A DNA stretch of 64,000 nt from Macrostomum lignano. Lineage: Eukaryota. Under the pieces are notes generated by a model, which was not told the DNA's origin, made no database searches, and worked only from the letters and a program-made list of their open reading frames with translations. The position numbers and the translations under genes were made by a program. Positions 46,860 through 57,655 of the stretch are shown piece after piece. The DNA is taken from positions 124,001 to 188,000 of the forward strand of contig NIVC01002002.1 of the NCBI GenBank assembly GCA_002269645.1, read 5' to 3'. The stretch's first letter is position 1, and each line of letters begins with the position of its first letter.

Positions 46860-47030
46860 TTCAGTCCAAGGACTGGGGGGTCTCCACACACAGCCTCAAT
46901 TACCCCAGCTAATGCTGGCACCAATTTTACAGCTTTTACTGCAATGCAGATTTAAGTGTCTTGCTCAAGGACACAAATTGTTCCCGAGTTGGGTCGAGAA
47001 TAAATCAATGATTCAGCAGATATGGATGCC
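46860..47030 (-). mobile_element. Degenerate CORE-like SINE relic
   Basis: GTGTCCTTGAGCAAGACACTTAA (46974-46952) resembles the CORE-SINE motif GTGACCTTGGGCAAGTCACTTAA; head poorly preserved. Confidence 0.45.
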
Positions 47031-47096
47031 AGCCACTTTAAACTAATCAAAGTTAATAATTCCTCATTCTCCAGGTAGATGCCACATTGACTAATT

Positions 47097-48071
47097 ATGC
47101 TGCTTTCCTGGCTGCTGAACCGTTCGCTGGTGGTGGTGCTGCCGCTGATGCTGCTGCTTGACTCTTCAGCCGCCAAGGTCAGCCAAACTGGAGGCTGCTT
47201 GGTCGGCGCCGGCGCTCTCGACTTGAAAGCTGCCGACGTGTGCGATGGCCGGCGCAGCATCGTGTTCACCGTGGCCCGCCCGCTGGTCACCTTCGACGAC
47301 TGGCTGCCGGCAACTGCCTGCAATTTGTCCATCCTCGTCCCGGCGCCTGCCGTCGTCGGGCTGTTCGGCCGGCTTCGCTACCTGGCCATCCGCCTGTTCC
47401 GCCCGTCGACGCATCAACTGGATGAGATCAGGCGGCGGCGCAATCTCTGCCTGGAGACGGCGTTCAGCATCCGATTGGCGCCCCCCGCGGAGGCGGAGGA
47501 GACCGCGTCGGAGGGCGACTCGACGCAGGAGCCGCCGGCGCCGCTGCGGCAACGTCGCGGCTGCCTGGCGCCGGGGGCTGCTGAAGGCGTGTGGCTGTTT
47601 GAAGAGCTGCCGCCGATCGCTGAGGACGCCAACGCCACGGCCCCCTCCGGGCTGCTGGTGCACCTCACCTGGCGTCTCGCTCACCAGCCGGGCGCCACAG
47701 TCGCCGACGAGAGTGCGACAAAGTCGGCGCCGCCGCCGCCGATTCGGCTGGCATTCAGCGTGGCGCCGTTTTTCAACTGCACCGGGGCGCCGGACGGAGA
47801 CAGCTTCGTGCACTGCCAGGACACCGCGGGCACCGGCGGCAGCCTCTGCGTGCCGAAGCGGCTGGCCTGCTGCAGCCCGGTGGTGAACTACCTGGAGTGC
47901 CCGAAGCGGGCCCTGTTCCAGACCTCCGTGCTGGACTGCGCCTTCTACAATCACGACATCGGCTTCTACTTCTTCCTAGTGGTCGCCGGCACCGTCGTTG
48001 TGGCCGTCATTATGACCTTCTTGATTGTCAGGCCCATTGTGGCTTCGGTTCGGAATCGGAAGTCTGCCTGA
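47097..48071 (+). CDS. Intronless type I single-pass membrane protein, 324 aa; Cys-rich ectodomain with a degenerate LDLa-like module
   Basis: N-terminal hydrophobic signal (LVVVLPLMLLLDSSAA), FNC..HC..LCVPKRLACC..C module, TM helix IGFYFFLVVAGTVVVAVIMTFLIV, short basic tail; high GC. Confidence 0.75.
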   Translation: MLLSWLLNRSLVVVLPLMLLLDSSAAKVSQTGGCLVGAGALDLKAADVCDGRRSIVFTVARPLVTFDDWLPATACNLSILVPAPAVVGLFGRLRYLAIRLFRPSTHQLDEIRRRRNLCLETAFSIRLAPPAEAEETASEGDSTQEPPAPLRQRRGCLAPGAAEGVWLFEELPPIAEDANATAPSGLLVHLTWRLAHQPGATVADESATKSAPPPPIRLAFSVAPFFNCTGAPDGDSFVHCQDTAGTGGSLCVPKRLACCSPVVNYLECPKRALFQTSVLDCAFYNHDIGFYFFLVVAGTVVVAVIMTFLIVRPIVASVRNRKSA

Positions 48072-48159
48072 TGCCGCCTATGGTTTCTCGTGACAGTTGA
48101 ATTCGCAGCACCTGCAGAGCATTTGGCCAGGACCGCGGATGTTAGGAGGACTTTAGCGG

Positions 48160-48450
48160 GGCAGAGCAGCTCAGGCGGATAACGCATGCGGCTCAAAGTA
48201 CCCTGGTTCGATTCAGTGCGCAGCGCTGCGACATTCATTTGTGGTCTGTGCGCGAAAATGTGTCCTAGTTGGGGTTGTCGGGCGATTCACACTCATGAGG
48301 ACCAACCCCCAGGGCACACAGAGTGTACATGCTTGATGAATAGAAAGTCAGGGCCGCCTGTACACCCTGTGTGAGCGTGTATGAGTGCTGTGCCTGCGTA
48401 CAGTATCCGTGCGTTGTGCTAGGAATGCCCGCAGCCCTCCCCAGGAATAT
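48160..48450 (+). mobile_element. tRNA-derived SINE, copy 2
   Basis: A-box-like CAGCTCAGGCGG, B box GGTTCGATTC (48205-48214); core GAGGACCAAC..TACATGCTT..AAAGT.AGGGCCGC.TGTACAC shared with 28803-28886. Confidence 0.65.
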
Positions 48451-49169
48451 TTATTTACATAATAGGACGGACGGAAAGGCAGGTTGACATTACCGCTAGT
48501 AGCTCTGTGAGTAAAATATTGCCCAAATCAGTTTTTAATTTGTTTTACACCGATTTCAGAGCTGGCAATCTCGCTCTCAACACGGATTTGTTAAATAGGA
48601 TTATTTCAGTGACTACTCATTAGTATTTAGTAGTCCCTGGATTATTTTTTGCAGAATGCAGTGCATTGGATGGGGCTTTACCAGATACTTTCTCAGGTAT
48701 GCACTCACACAGGGTGTGTATGAGAACTACTAAAGTAGAAGGGGGGAACTTTATATCTTGGAAAAAATTTAGGAGGCAGTTTTTACCGAAAAAAACATTA
48801 CGGAGAATAGAGGGCTTCATTTTTTCGGCACAAAAAGCTCTACGAATATCTATAGAGCATAGAAAAGGCAAGTCATATCAAAAGATGAACATTGGGTCTG
48901 CCTCCTATCAAAAGCAATAACAATTTTTGTGCTGAAAAATGTAAACCCGTCTCCGTAGTGAATTTTTCGGTAAAACCTGCCTCCTATTTTTTTTCAAAGA
49001 ATCATAGCTTCATGTCCTACCTGAGTAGTCTTTGAGTGTATAACGGCCCCGACCTTCGTTTTGTCATAGCATGCACGTACTCTGTGCCTTGGGGGTCGGC
49101 CTTCATGGGTCCGAATCGCAGTTTTTCTTTCCTTTCTCCTTTCAGTCGTGCGTCCGACGCTCTCACTAG

Positions 49170-49530
49170 GCTCCAACCCCATCGGCTCCGACCCCCCTCG
49201 GCTCCAACCCCCTCGGCTCCAACCCCCTCGGCTCCAACCCCCTCGGCTCCAACCCCCTCGGCTCCAACCCCCTCGGCTCCGACCCCCTCGGCTCCAACCC
49301 CCTCGGCTCCAACCCCCTCGGCTCCAACCCCCTCGGCTCCAGCCCCATCGGCTCCAACCCCCCTCGGCTCCAACCCCCTCGGCTCCGACCCCCTCGGCTC
49401 CAACCCCCCTCGGCTCCAACCCCCCTCGGCAGTTTGGGTCTGCCTGTTGGAACCCTGTTGGAACCCTTTCGGCTCCAACCCCCTCGGCTCCAATCCCCTC
49501 GGCTCCAACCCCCCGGCTCCAACTCCCTCA
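49170..49530 (+). repeat. 15-16-bp minisatellite (GGCTCCAACCCCCTC), about 20 copies
   Basis: Tandem repeat with one short interruption. Confidence 0.95.
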
Positions 49531-50561
49531 GTCTATAGACCATACAATCTATATATTACAAAAATACATGTATATATTTTGTTGTCGCAATTAAGTTATT
49601 ATAAATAAATACATGTGGCAAAGTAAGCCTCTATTGAGTTAATTGCTATTTTCAACAGTCTTATTGGAATAGCGGTGAATTTTGGTAAAATATGGCAACA
49701 TAAATACCCTTTGTTTGTCTATGTTTAAGCGTGCCACTTTTGGGTGACGTTTACTGTAGTTAATACAGTATACAGTAATACAGTACATGGCAGCGCCCCG
49801 TTTGCGCTCTACCCCTTGCTTTGTTCACTTCGCGCCTCTTGTATACTTTCTCTCTCCCTCTTCCACTCTCTTCCTCTTCCACCTCCCTCCTTCTCCGTCT
49901 CTCTGCCCCGTGTGCACCCACCTCCCTCCCTCTCCGTCTCTGCCCCGTGCGCACCCACCTCCCCCCTCTCCGTCTCTCTGCCCGTGCGCACCCACCTCCC
50001 TCCCTCTCTGTCTCTCTGCCCTTTGCGCACTCACCCCCGTGGTCTGGTTTTAAAACCTCGCGTTGACTTGGCTCGCCTTGTCTGTTTGCGCAGTGCAGTA
50101 GTGCAATTGGTCGCTTTTTATTTGCTTGCGCACTTCACTCCACCATGTCGGTACTGCGTCTGCTTTCTTTCGTGCTCGGACCGTAAAATTTAATTCATAG
50201 AAATTCAAAAATTACTCTTAACACATAAATAATGTTTATTTACATATTTGAACATTTCGCGGTCAATTTAATAGCCTTATGTATACTAGAAATGCTCGTG
50301 TTTATTTATAAAACTACGAGCGTAATTTTAGATGCTAAAATTAGCATATAGCATCAGTACAAACCGAGTGGCAGCCATTTTCTCCACTTGCAGTCTCTAT
50401 GGGCCTAAACCAAATTTATAGCAATCATTGCTCTAATAAAAAGGCTGCAATGCCAAGAGTACCGAACGAATTTGAACTCGCATTAACCAGCAATATGGCG
50501 CTGTCGCATTGCTTCATTCGTGCCAATCCAGAGCAGGTGTGCAGCAGATGTCACTGCTGAC

Positions 50562-53500
50562 CACAGATACTAAATACCATAGATGGTTCACTCGAGTATA
50601 TTTAGCAAAACTACTCTCTGTTCGGTAGTATGATCGTAAAAAGCTATATTTATTTATTCAACTGCATGTAGCTGTGAATAATTAAGCTAAAACATTGATT
50701 ATTGACGTTGTCTACACAATCGTAAGTCAAACTTTAATGCTACATTGCTACTGGTATACTCAGTAATTATTTTTATTTATTTAGCAAGCAAGCAACATTT
50801 TTGTGCATTGCAAGTGAGAAAAAAGAACAAAACGGGGTAATATTTATAATACAGTGAAATTAAAATTACCGTAGAATAAAAGGATGCGACTATAAAGTTC
50901 TTAAGTTATACTAGTGTAACAAAGTTAGTGTAGTTTGCGAATTTTCCCCATAGTTTTCTTTTTTTGGGCCACTGCACGCAGGTTCTTCATTTCACGTCGG
51001 CACCAATGGTGCAGCCGTAGGTGAGCAAAATTTTTAAAAACCTGATTATGCACCCGCGTGTGATGCAGCTCGCAGGCAGGCAGTGCTACTAATTGTTCCC
51101 GGAGGTGGTTAACAAACCGAGCTGCCACACGAGGCTGGATTATGAAGCTGGATGTCAGGGCTGCGAACTCGGCTTCCATCTTCATAAATGCAACAAGCGC
51201 CACCGGCGAGGGCGCAGTCAACCCGCGGAATGCATGCGAGTAGGTCTTGTGCTGGATGTGAACCCCTGCAGATTCGGATGCTGTAAGCAAAGAGTTGCAC
51301 ACCTGACAGTGAAGAACTCGGCTTCGCTTTAGCACATATCCGCCAACGTACTCAGCAGCTTCCAGCGAGACATTGCTTGCGCCCTGCCAGGAGTCCAGTT
51401 TTTTTGGAGCAGCTGCTGCTGTGGTGCCTGGCATACAACACTGCTTGAGTTCTGTGGACCCGCTTTGGTAGTCACACAGTCTCCGGCACCGGTGGGGGCG
51501 CAGGCTGCTATGATGGCAGCCTCACAGTTGTCGTCTTCGCAGTTGCGAGACGTCGAGTCAGGCTGGGCCAGGCCGCTGGTAGCCACGGACCGCAGGGCAC
51601 CGACGAAGGAGCTGAGCTCTGGTCTGTCGTTAAAACCGTTGTGCCCGCGGATGATGCAGAAAAGGTTCTGAAGAGGAGAATTGTACGATGCCCTTTGTTT
51701 CATCAATGCAAATTCTTGTACATTGCTGAACCACAAATTAGGGTGAAGTAATCTTTAAATATTTAATTATGGAAATATAGTCTCGCTTTTAATAAATTTT
51801 GTGAACTTACCTCAACGTGATCTTGAGTAAATCGGCGAGTACACACGTAGTCAAAGTGGTGGTCCCGAATGAGAGTAGTGCACAGCTGCTTGGTAGCAGA
51901 AAGCGATAGGAGCCACCCTTCTTTGAATGGCATCGTAGGCTTAACAGCGCGCCCATTCAGTGGGAGAAAGCGCCAGCTCCGCACGAAGTCTTCCGCCTCT
52001 GTCAGACGGTCGATCTGCGCCGATAGAGTATCGCGATGAATCGGCTGCTGGAAGCCTTTGCCATAGAGATGCGCTGAGTTCAGCATGTCGAAAATGTCAT
52101 TCAGACGCTTCGCAAATTCAGCTGTCTGCAACGCATCCTCAGATAACTCATTATGATGGACCAAAGTCCTGATACCACTTGCAACAGAATGGCTTAACAC
52201 TTGTGCTGCGAGCGATACTTTCATCTTCTGACCCAGAGCTAAGCTGAAATGAGCGTCGGTGAGCTTGCTTGCTAATCGGAGAGATGGGCCGCTGTCGTTC
52301 TGATAAAACTGGATGAGATGCTGCCACTTAGCTAGCTTGCACTCGTTGAATTTGATGTCGTTCTTCATCAGGGCGTTTCTAGCATTTTTTAGGCAATGTG
52401 GGATGTCCACGATGACGTAGACTGGCTCACCGGTTACAGGGTGACGTAAAAAAGGATTTGCAGTGTCAGCCCGTCTGGAAAGGTGAGCCCACTGGGTTGA
52501 CTCTTGATCCGCAACCAGTGCAACGACCTTAATCCCGGCCTTGTGGCTAGCTGTCAGGCACTCATCAATAGCTATCCCGAATCCTTCTTGGCCAAGAGTT
52601 CGAAAAACAGGATAATATGCGATTGGTTGTTTCCAGTCCTGAAAGACTCCTCGAAGCACAGCGACGATGGCCTCGTTTACAGGTCTGGGCAACTGCTCCT
52701 TGCTGTCATCAGCGGTTCGTGGATCGCAGCCCACCACCACGTCACGATGTTGCTGGTAGCGCAGGCTGGGTGTGAGACTCATTCCATCGAAGCAAAGGGT
52801 AGCAATCCGCTGCTGATTTGTCGATGATGCATCAAACTTGGACTGCAAGGATCGTATCGTCAAGTTGCAAATCCCAGGCAATACGAAATACTGTCGAATT
52901 CGCCGCCTAATTGTCGAACTTGATGGTAGCGGAATTTTCCACTTATTGCGGACCAGTCGGTAAGCTGACGAGCCTTTGTGATGCAGCTGAATTGAGCACG
53001 CAATGTCTTTTTTGGTCCAGCGCATGCCGCGACTGCGAACATCACGCCTGATCTTCTGCTGCATCAGACGAGTAGCTATTGAGCTGCTGCTACCCGACTG
53101 GACTGCTTTTGCTTTTTCTATTCGCGCTTGCATCTGTCGGATGGTGGTTTTTTGGCGGCGAACTTTGCTGCGCAGCTGAGCGATGATGTTGTTCAGCATG
53201 ACCTTGGTTGGTTGGGCTGTTGGCTGTTGGCATTGTCTGCTGCTCTTCGGCCTGTGGCGGCTCACCATCGGTGCTGTTGAATGGCTGCAGTTCAGGTGGA
53301 TAGAGATTGTCAGCCTCTTCGTCACTGCGAAAAACCAAATGTGTCAGGTCATGTGCAATGAGGCGGGGTAGAGTCAGCTCCCTGTCTGGAACGGCATTCC
53401 ATCGCAAACGTGTGGTATATTCATGTCGCAGAGAAGGACAGCTGTAATCATTGTCAGTAAAATGCACACTGCACACTCGCAATCCCATCTTGAGAATGGC

Positions 53501-54123
53501 TCCGATGTCCAAGTCGATTTCCAGCATTTGCCTCCATCGATTCGCAACTCCGTCGTCCGCTGGAAACCTGTGCATTCGCACAGCCACTCCCTCGTCCGTT
53601 AGAGATTGCGCTGTATGGGTGCAGGTGGCTGCACAGCAGCGCTTTGAGCTGAATTCCATGTCAGTGTGGTGATTGCAAGAAGCGTTGCTGGTGTTTTTGT
53701 CGTTCTTGCACTGCTTGCTGGTAAAGTGCGAAGTAAAATCTTCTCTTTCTCCGTCCTGCCTTATTACTTTAAACTCCGTATCTCGTCCCACTTGACTGCT
53801 AGCTAGAAACGAAGTCAATCGATTTCTTCGACTGTCTATGGCCAAGACCAACGCCTTTTTGGGGTGGGTGCAGATTTTACTAGTGGTTTTTACGCCTGAG
53901 AATTCCGATCCACTGCCAAGCTTGGCCATAGATAAAAGAATTGAAAGCGCCAAGGTTGTGCGCGTGTGACGCGGGCATCTAGACCATCATTCTCTCCAAA
54001 TATTTTATGTCAAGACAAAAAATAGAGCAAATATGCGCTTATGCCACTGGACAGAGAGTAGCAAATCAAACTGACGCATAAAGATAATGCTGAGTGAACC
54101 ATCTAGGGTATTTATTATCTGTG
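50562..54123 (-). mobile_element. Complete P-element family DNA transposon, 3562 bp
   Basis: 32-bp TIRs CACAGATAMTAAATACCMTAGATGGTTCACTC (50562-50593 / 54092-54123, 2 mismatches); exact 8-bp TSD CTGCTGAC (50554-50561 / 54124-54131). Confidence 0.95.
50925..53659 (-). CDS. P-element/THAP9-like transposase, predicted 814 aa. Exons 53659-53266, 53216-51811, 51667-51526, 51427-50925
   Basis: THAP (CCAATC..HRFP..W..VCSVHF..AVP), coiled coil, FDGMSL, VADQ, DIPHCLKNARN, QDHVE|NLFCIIRGHNGFNDRP, C-terminal YVGGY..CQVC..GLTAPS. Intron 2 is canonical; introns 1 and 3 are inferred. Confidence 0.88.
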
Positions 54124-56299
54124 CTGCTGACTGTGGCAGCCTCCGATGCCGCTTGCTGCGATACCGCGGCATGACGGCTTCGCGACTCCGGCAGAGGCGA
54201 CTTCGCTACCATCAACAGCATCGGCACTGGCGGCGAGGCGGCGACCTTCTTGGGGTTGTCAACTGTGGAGCGAAGCGGCTTCGGCTTGGAGCTGCGCGCG
54301 TCCGTTGCCTTCGCAGCAACGTGCGGCGAAAAATTTGCAGCCCGTCAGCGCCGCCGCCGCCGCCACAGCCGCCAGCCCACCGCGCGCCTCGGCTGCTGGT
54401 CCGTCGGGCGTCGCCAATCGACTGGTCGGAGCCTCCGCTGCCGCCGCTGCCGCCTCAGCGCAAGCCTGCGCTGGCATTTCCCGCAGTTGCTAAGTGGGAG
54501 ATTTTCCTGGCTTCGCGCACCACTCGGACTCAGGATTGGTCTGACGGCCCGCGTTGCTATGGCAACGGTATCGATTTCTCTCCGCAAAATGTTCAAATTC
54601 ATCAGAGAAGACAGCCGTGCCGAAGCGCGCCGGTCATTGTGGCCGCTGATTGGGGCGCGGACCCTTGTGCCGAGACAGCCTGGACAAGGAGGCTGCGGCC
54701 GCTGCCGCCCATGCCTGAGGCGCATTTGCCGCTCACCTGCCAGATCGTGAGCTATTTATGGGCTATCTATATAACTAGATAAATTTCCAGATTGTCTGAT
54801 TGACCTCAAGCTTTCCATCGACCTCAGTTGGTAATCCGACTCATTCCCGAGCCGGCCCCACCTGATGAGCATCAGACAGATGCAATCCAACCATTTCCCC
54901 CATCTGAACCAGGTGCCAGAGCGGCCTCCCAGCCACTGCGGCAGCACAGACTGGGAGCTCGCCCTGTCTCCCAGCTTCGCTCCTATCGGCCCAGTCTCTC
55001 GCCAAGTCAAAGGCATCCGCAGCTGCGTGGGCGGCTGCGGCGACATTCGTCGAAGATGCCGACGGTTCAGAAAGCCCGGTCGGCAGAAGACAGCACCAGT
55101 GGCTGGGGTTGCGGAGCCGGAAGAAGAGCCTACGGCGCAAGTATGCCAGCAATTTAATCAAATTCTCACCTGCTATCAGCCCTTCAGCCACTTTGGTCAG
55201 CTGGTTCTGGTCACTGCATTGCGTCCTGACGACCTCGGTGAGTGCTGGGGCGTTCGTTTTACCGACTTTGCCACTACTAATGGCGTCAGTGTCTGCATCA
55301 GCTCTGATTTCGTTGGGCACTGGTCTTCACCCAGGTGGAGCTTTTGGACCTTCGACAGGTGGCACCAGGTGAATGTGGCCTCCCTGTTGCGAGTTTCTCC
55401 AGTTTTGCTGATCAAGCCTCGACAGTGGGAAAACCTCAACTGCTGGACATCCTCAGCTAGTCTCTCAAACATCCTCCCCCGACGCCGTCGGCACCTTCAA
55501 CAGATGGCACCAGGCGTCTGTCAAGTGTGGCGTCCTAGTCTACTTTAGTTTTGCATGTCGGCCGTGCGATCAGCGGCTCTCATTATGTCTCTTAGGACAA
55601 CGACTTCTCTTGACCCCCAAGACTGCACCCGTATCCGTGTTGTGCTCAAAAATCTGATGGCAGCGGGTCAACCGTCGAACAGAAGCCTGGCCAGCACCTT
55701 CTGCCTCTCCGCCAGCTGGCTAAACTAACTCATGGGGTGATGAGTAGCAACGCCGCCCCCTACTCCCCTTTTCAGCAGATTCAAGCGCGCCGGTCCAATC
55801 TGGCAACTCTGGATCGACGCATGACTCCGCCGTGAGCGTCGGCGACAACGCAGACTCGCAACAATTTGATCCAGTTGCTGACGACGACTCCGGTGTCAAC
55901 AACGGAGACTGCGCGGACTGCCGCAGCGAAGAGGGCTTCTTCACCGGGATGCCACCGAGCGATGCTGGCTGCCAGCTGGTGACATCTAACGGGGAGACAG
56001 CCGCTGCCGTTGTCGCTGCCGCCAGCTGGGAGTCGGTAGAGACGCTGAACTGCCGAGAGCTGACGCCGAGCTTCGATACACATCCGCGGCGTCGTCGCCG
56101 CTGTCGCCTAGGCCTAATACGGTTGATTGGGCGCCACTGCTGACCATCGGGGAAAACTTGATAGCTATGTCGCTTCCTGGGTGTTCTCCGCGAGCTTGAA
56201 AATGTTTCTATCTGGTCGACCTGCTCTCTCTGATTGGGATCCTAGATTTTGAAGATTGGGAGAAAAGAATATGGTAAATAGGGGTAGATTCTTTCTAAA

Positions 56300-57030
56300 G
56301 TAAAATACCTCACGCCCTGTCCCTCTCGACTCTCTTTTCTATTTTATTACACCCACTCTATTCCTTTCTTTATTTAAGCACCCACCTCACGCTCTGTCCC
56401 TCTCGTCTCTCTTCTCTATTTTATCACACCCACCCTATTCCTTTCTTTCTTTAAGCACCCACCTCATGCCCTGTCCCTCTCGTCTCTCTTCTCTATTTTA
56501 TCACACCCACCCTATTCCTTTCTTTATTTAAGCACCCACCTCACGCCCTGTCCCTCTCGTCTCTCTTCTCTATTTTATCACACCCACCCTATTCCTTTCT
56601 TTATTTAAGCACCCACCTCACGCTCTGTCCCTCTCGTCTCTCTTCTCTATTTTATCACACCCACCCTATTCCTTTCTTTCTTTAAGCACCCACCTCACGC
56701 CCTGTCCCTCTCGTCTCTCTTCTCTATTTTATCACACCCACCCTATTCCTTTCTTTCTTTAAGCACCCACCTCACGCCCTGTCCCTCTCGTCTCTCTTCT
56801 CTATTTTATCACACCCACCCTATTCCTTTCTTTCTTTAAGCACCCACCTCACGCCCTGTCCCTCTCGTCTCTCTTCTCTATTTTATTACACCCACCCTAT
56901 TCCTTTCTTTCTTTAAGCACCCACCTCACGCTCTGTCCCTCTCGTCTCTCTTCTCTATTTTATCACACCCACCCTATTCCTTTCTTTCTTTAAGCACCCA
57001 CCTCACGCCCTGTCCCTCTCGTCTCCCCTT
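56300..57030 (+). repeat. About 77-bp pyrimidine-rich minisatellite, 9-10 copies
   Basis: Tandem CACCCACCTCACGCCCTGTCCCTCTCGTCTCTCTTCTCTATTTTATCACACCCACCCTATTCCTTTCTTTCTTTAAG. Confidence 0.95.
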
Positions 57031-57655
57031 AACTATCACAGCCACACACTTTATCTTTCTCACCCACTTTCCGCAATTAAGTGTGATTTAAAAACAATTT
57101 CCCTGGTGCATTGACTGCAGCCAATCAGAGCAGTTCCGACCCATGTCGTCTCCGGCGCTTTTTCCCCTGTGAGTCAACTGTGTGGGCATATTCAACCGTT
57201 AAATGTGTGACAACGTAGCCTCGGCCTAATATTACCTCACTGGCTGGCCAACTGTGTACTACAGTAAATATTAAAAATCTGCTTAATTAGTAAAACATAT
57301 TCGAACAAAAATATAGTCATGCAGATTTATGCGTGCACTACATTAATCCATTTCCACTTTGTATTGCTGTATGAGCAAATATATAATCAAATAATGCATA
57401 AATATGGTTTGTTTTTACGCTGCAGTAAAATATATTTTACTCGTATTGATCATTTTTACTTAGAGAAACAATTCTCGATGATTAGACGTGCTGATAAGCG
57501 AGTTATAAATTATCAAGTTTACCCACATAATAAGAGCGTGTATCTCAAATAGTAAAGTTAGGACACGGTGCGGACATAGTGGCTACAGTTCTCTATTAAC
57601 TTCGTCGAAAGTCTATTCAAATAGTGGGGCCGTACGGCAGATTAGCGTGAAGTCT

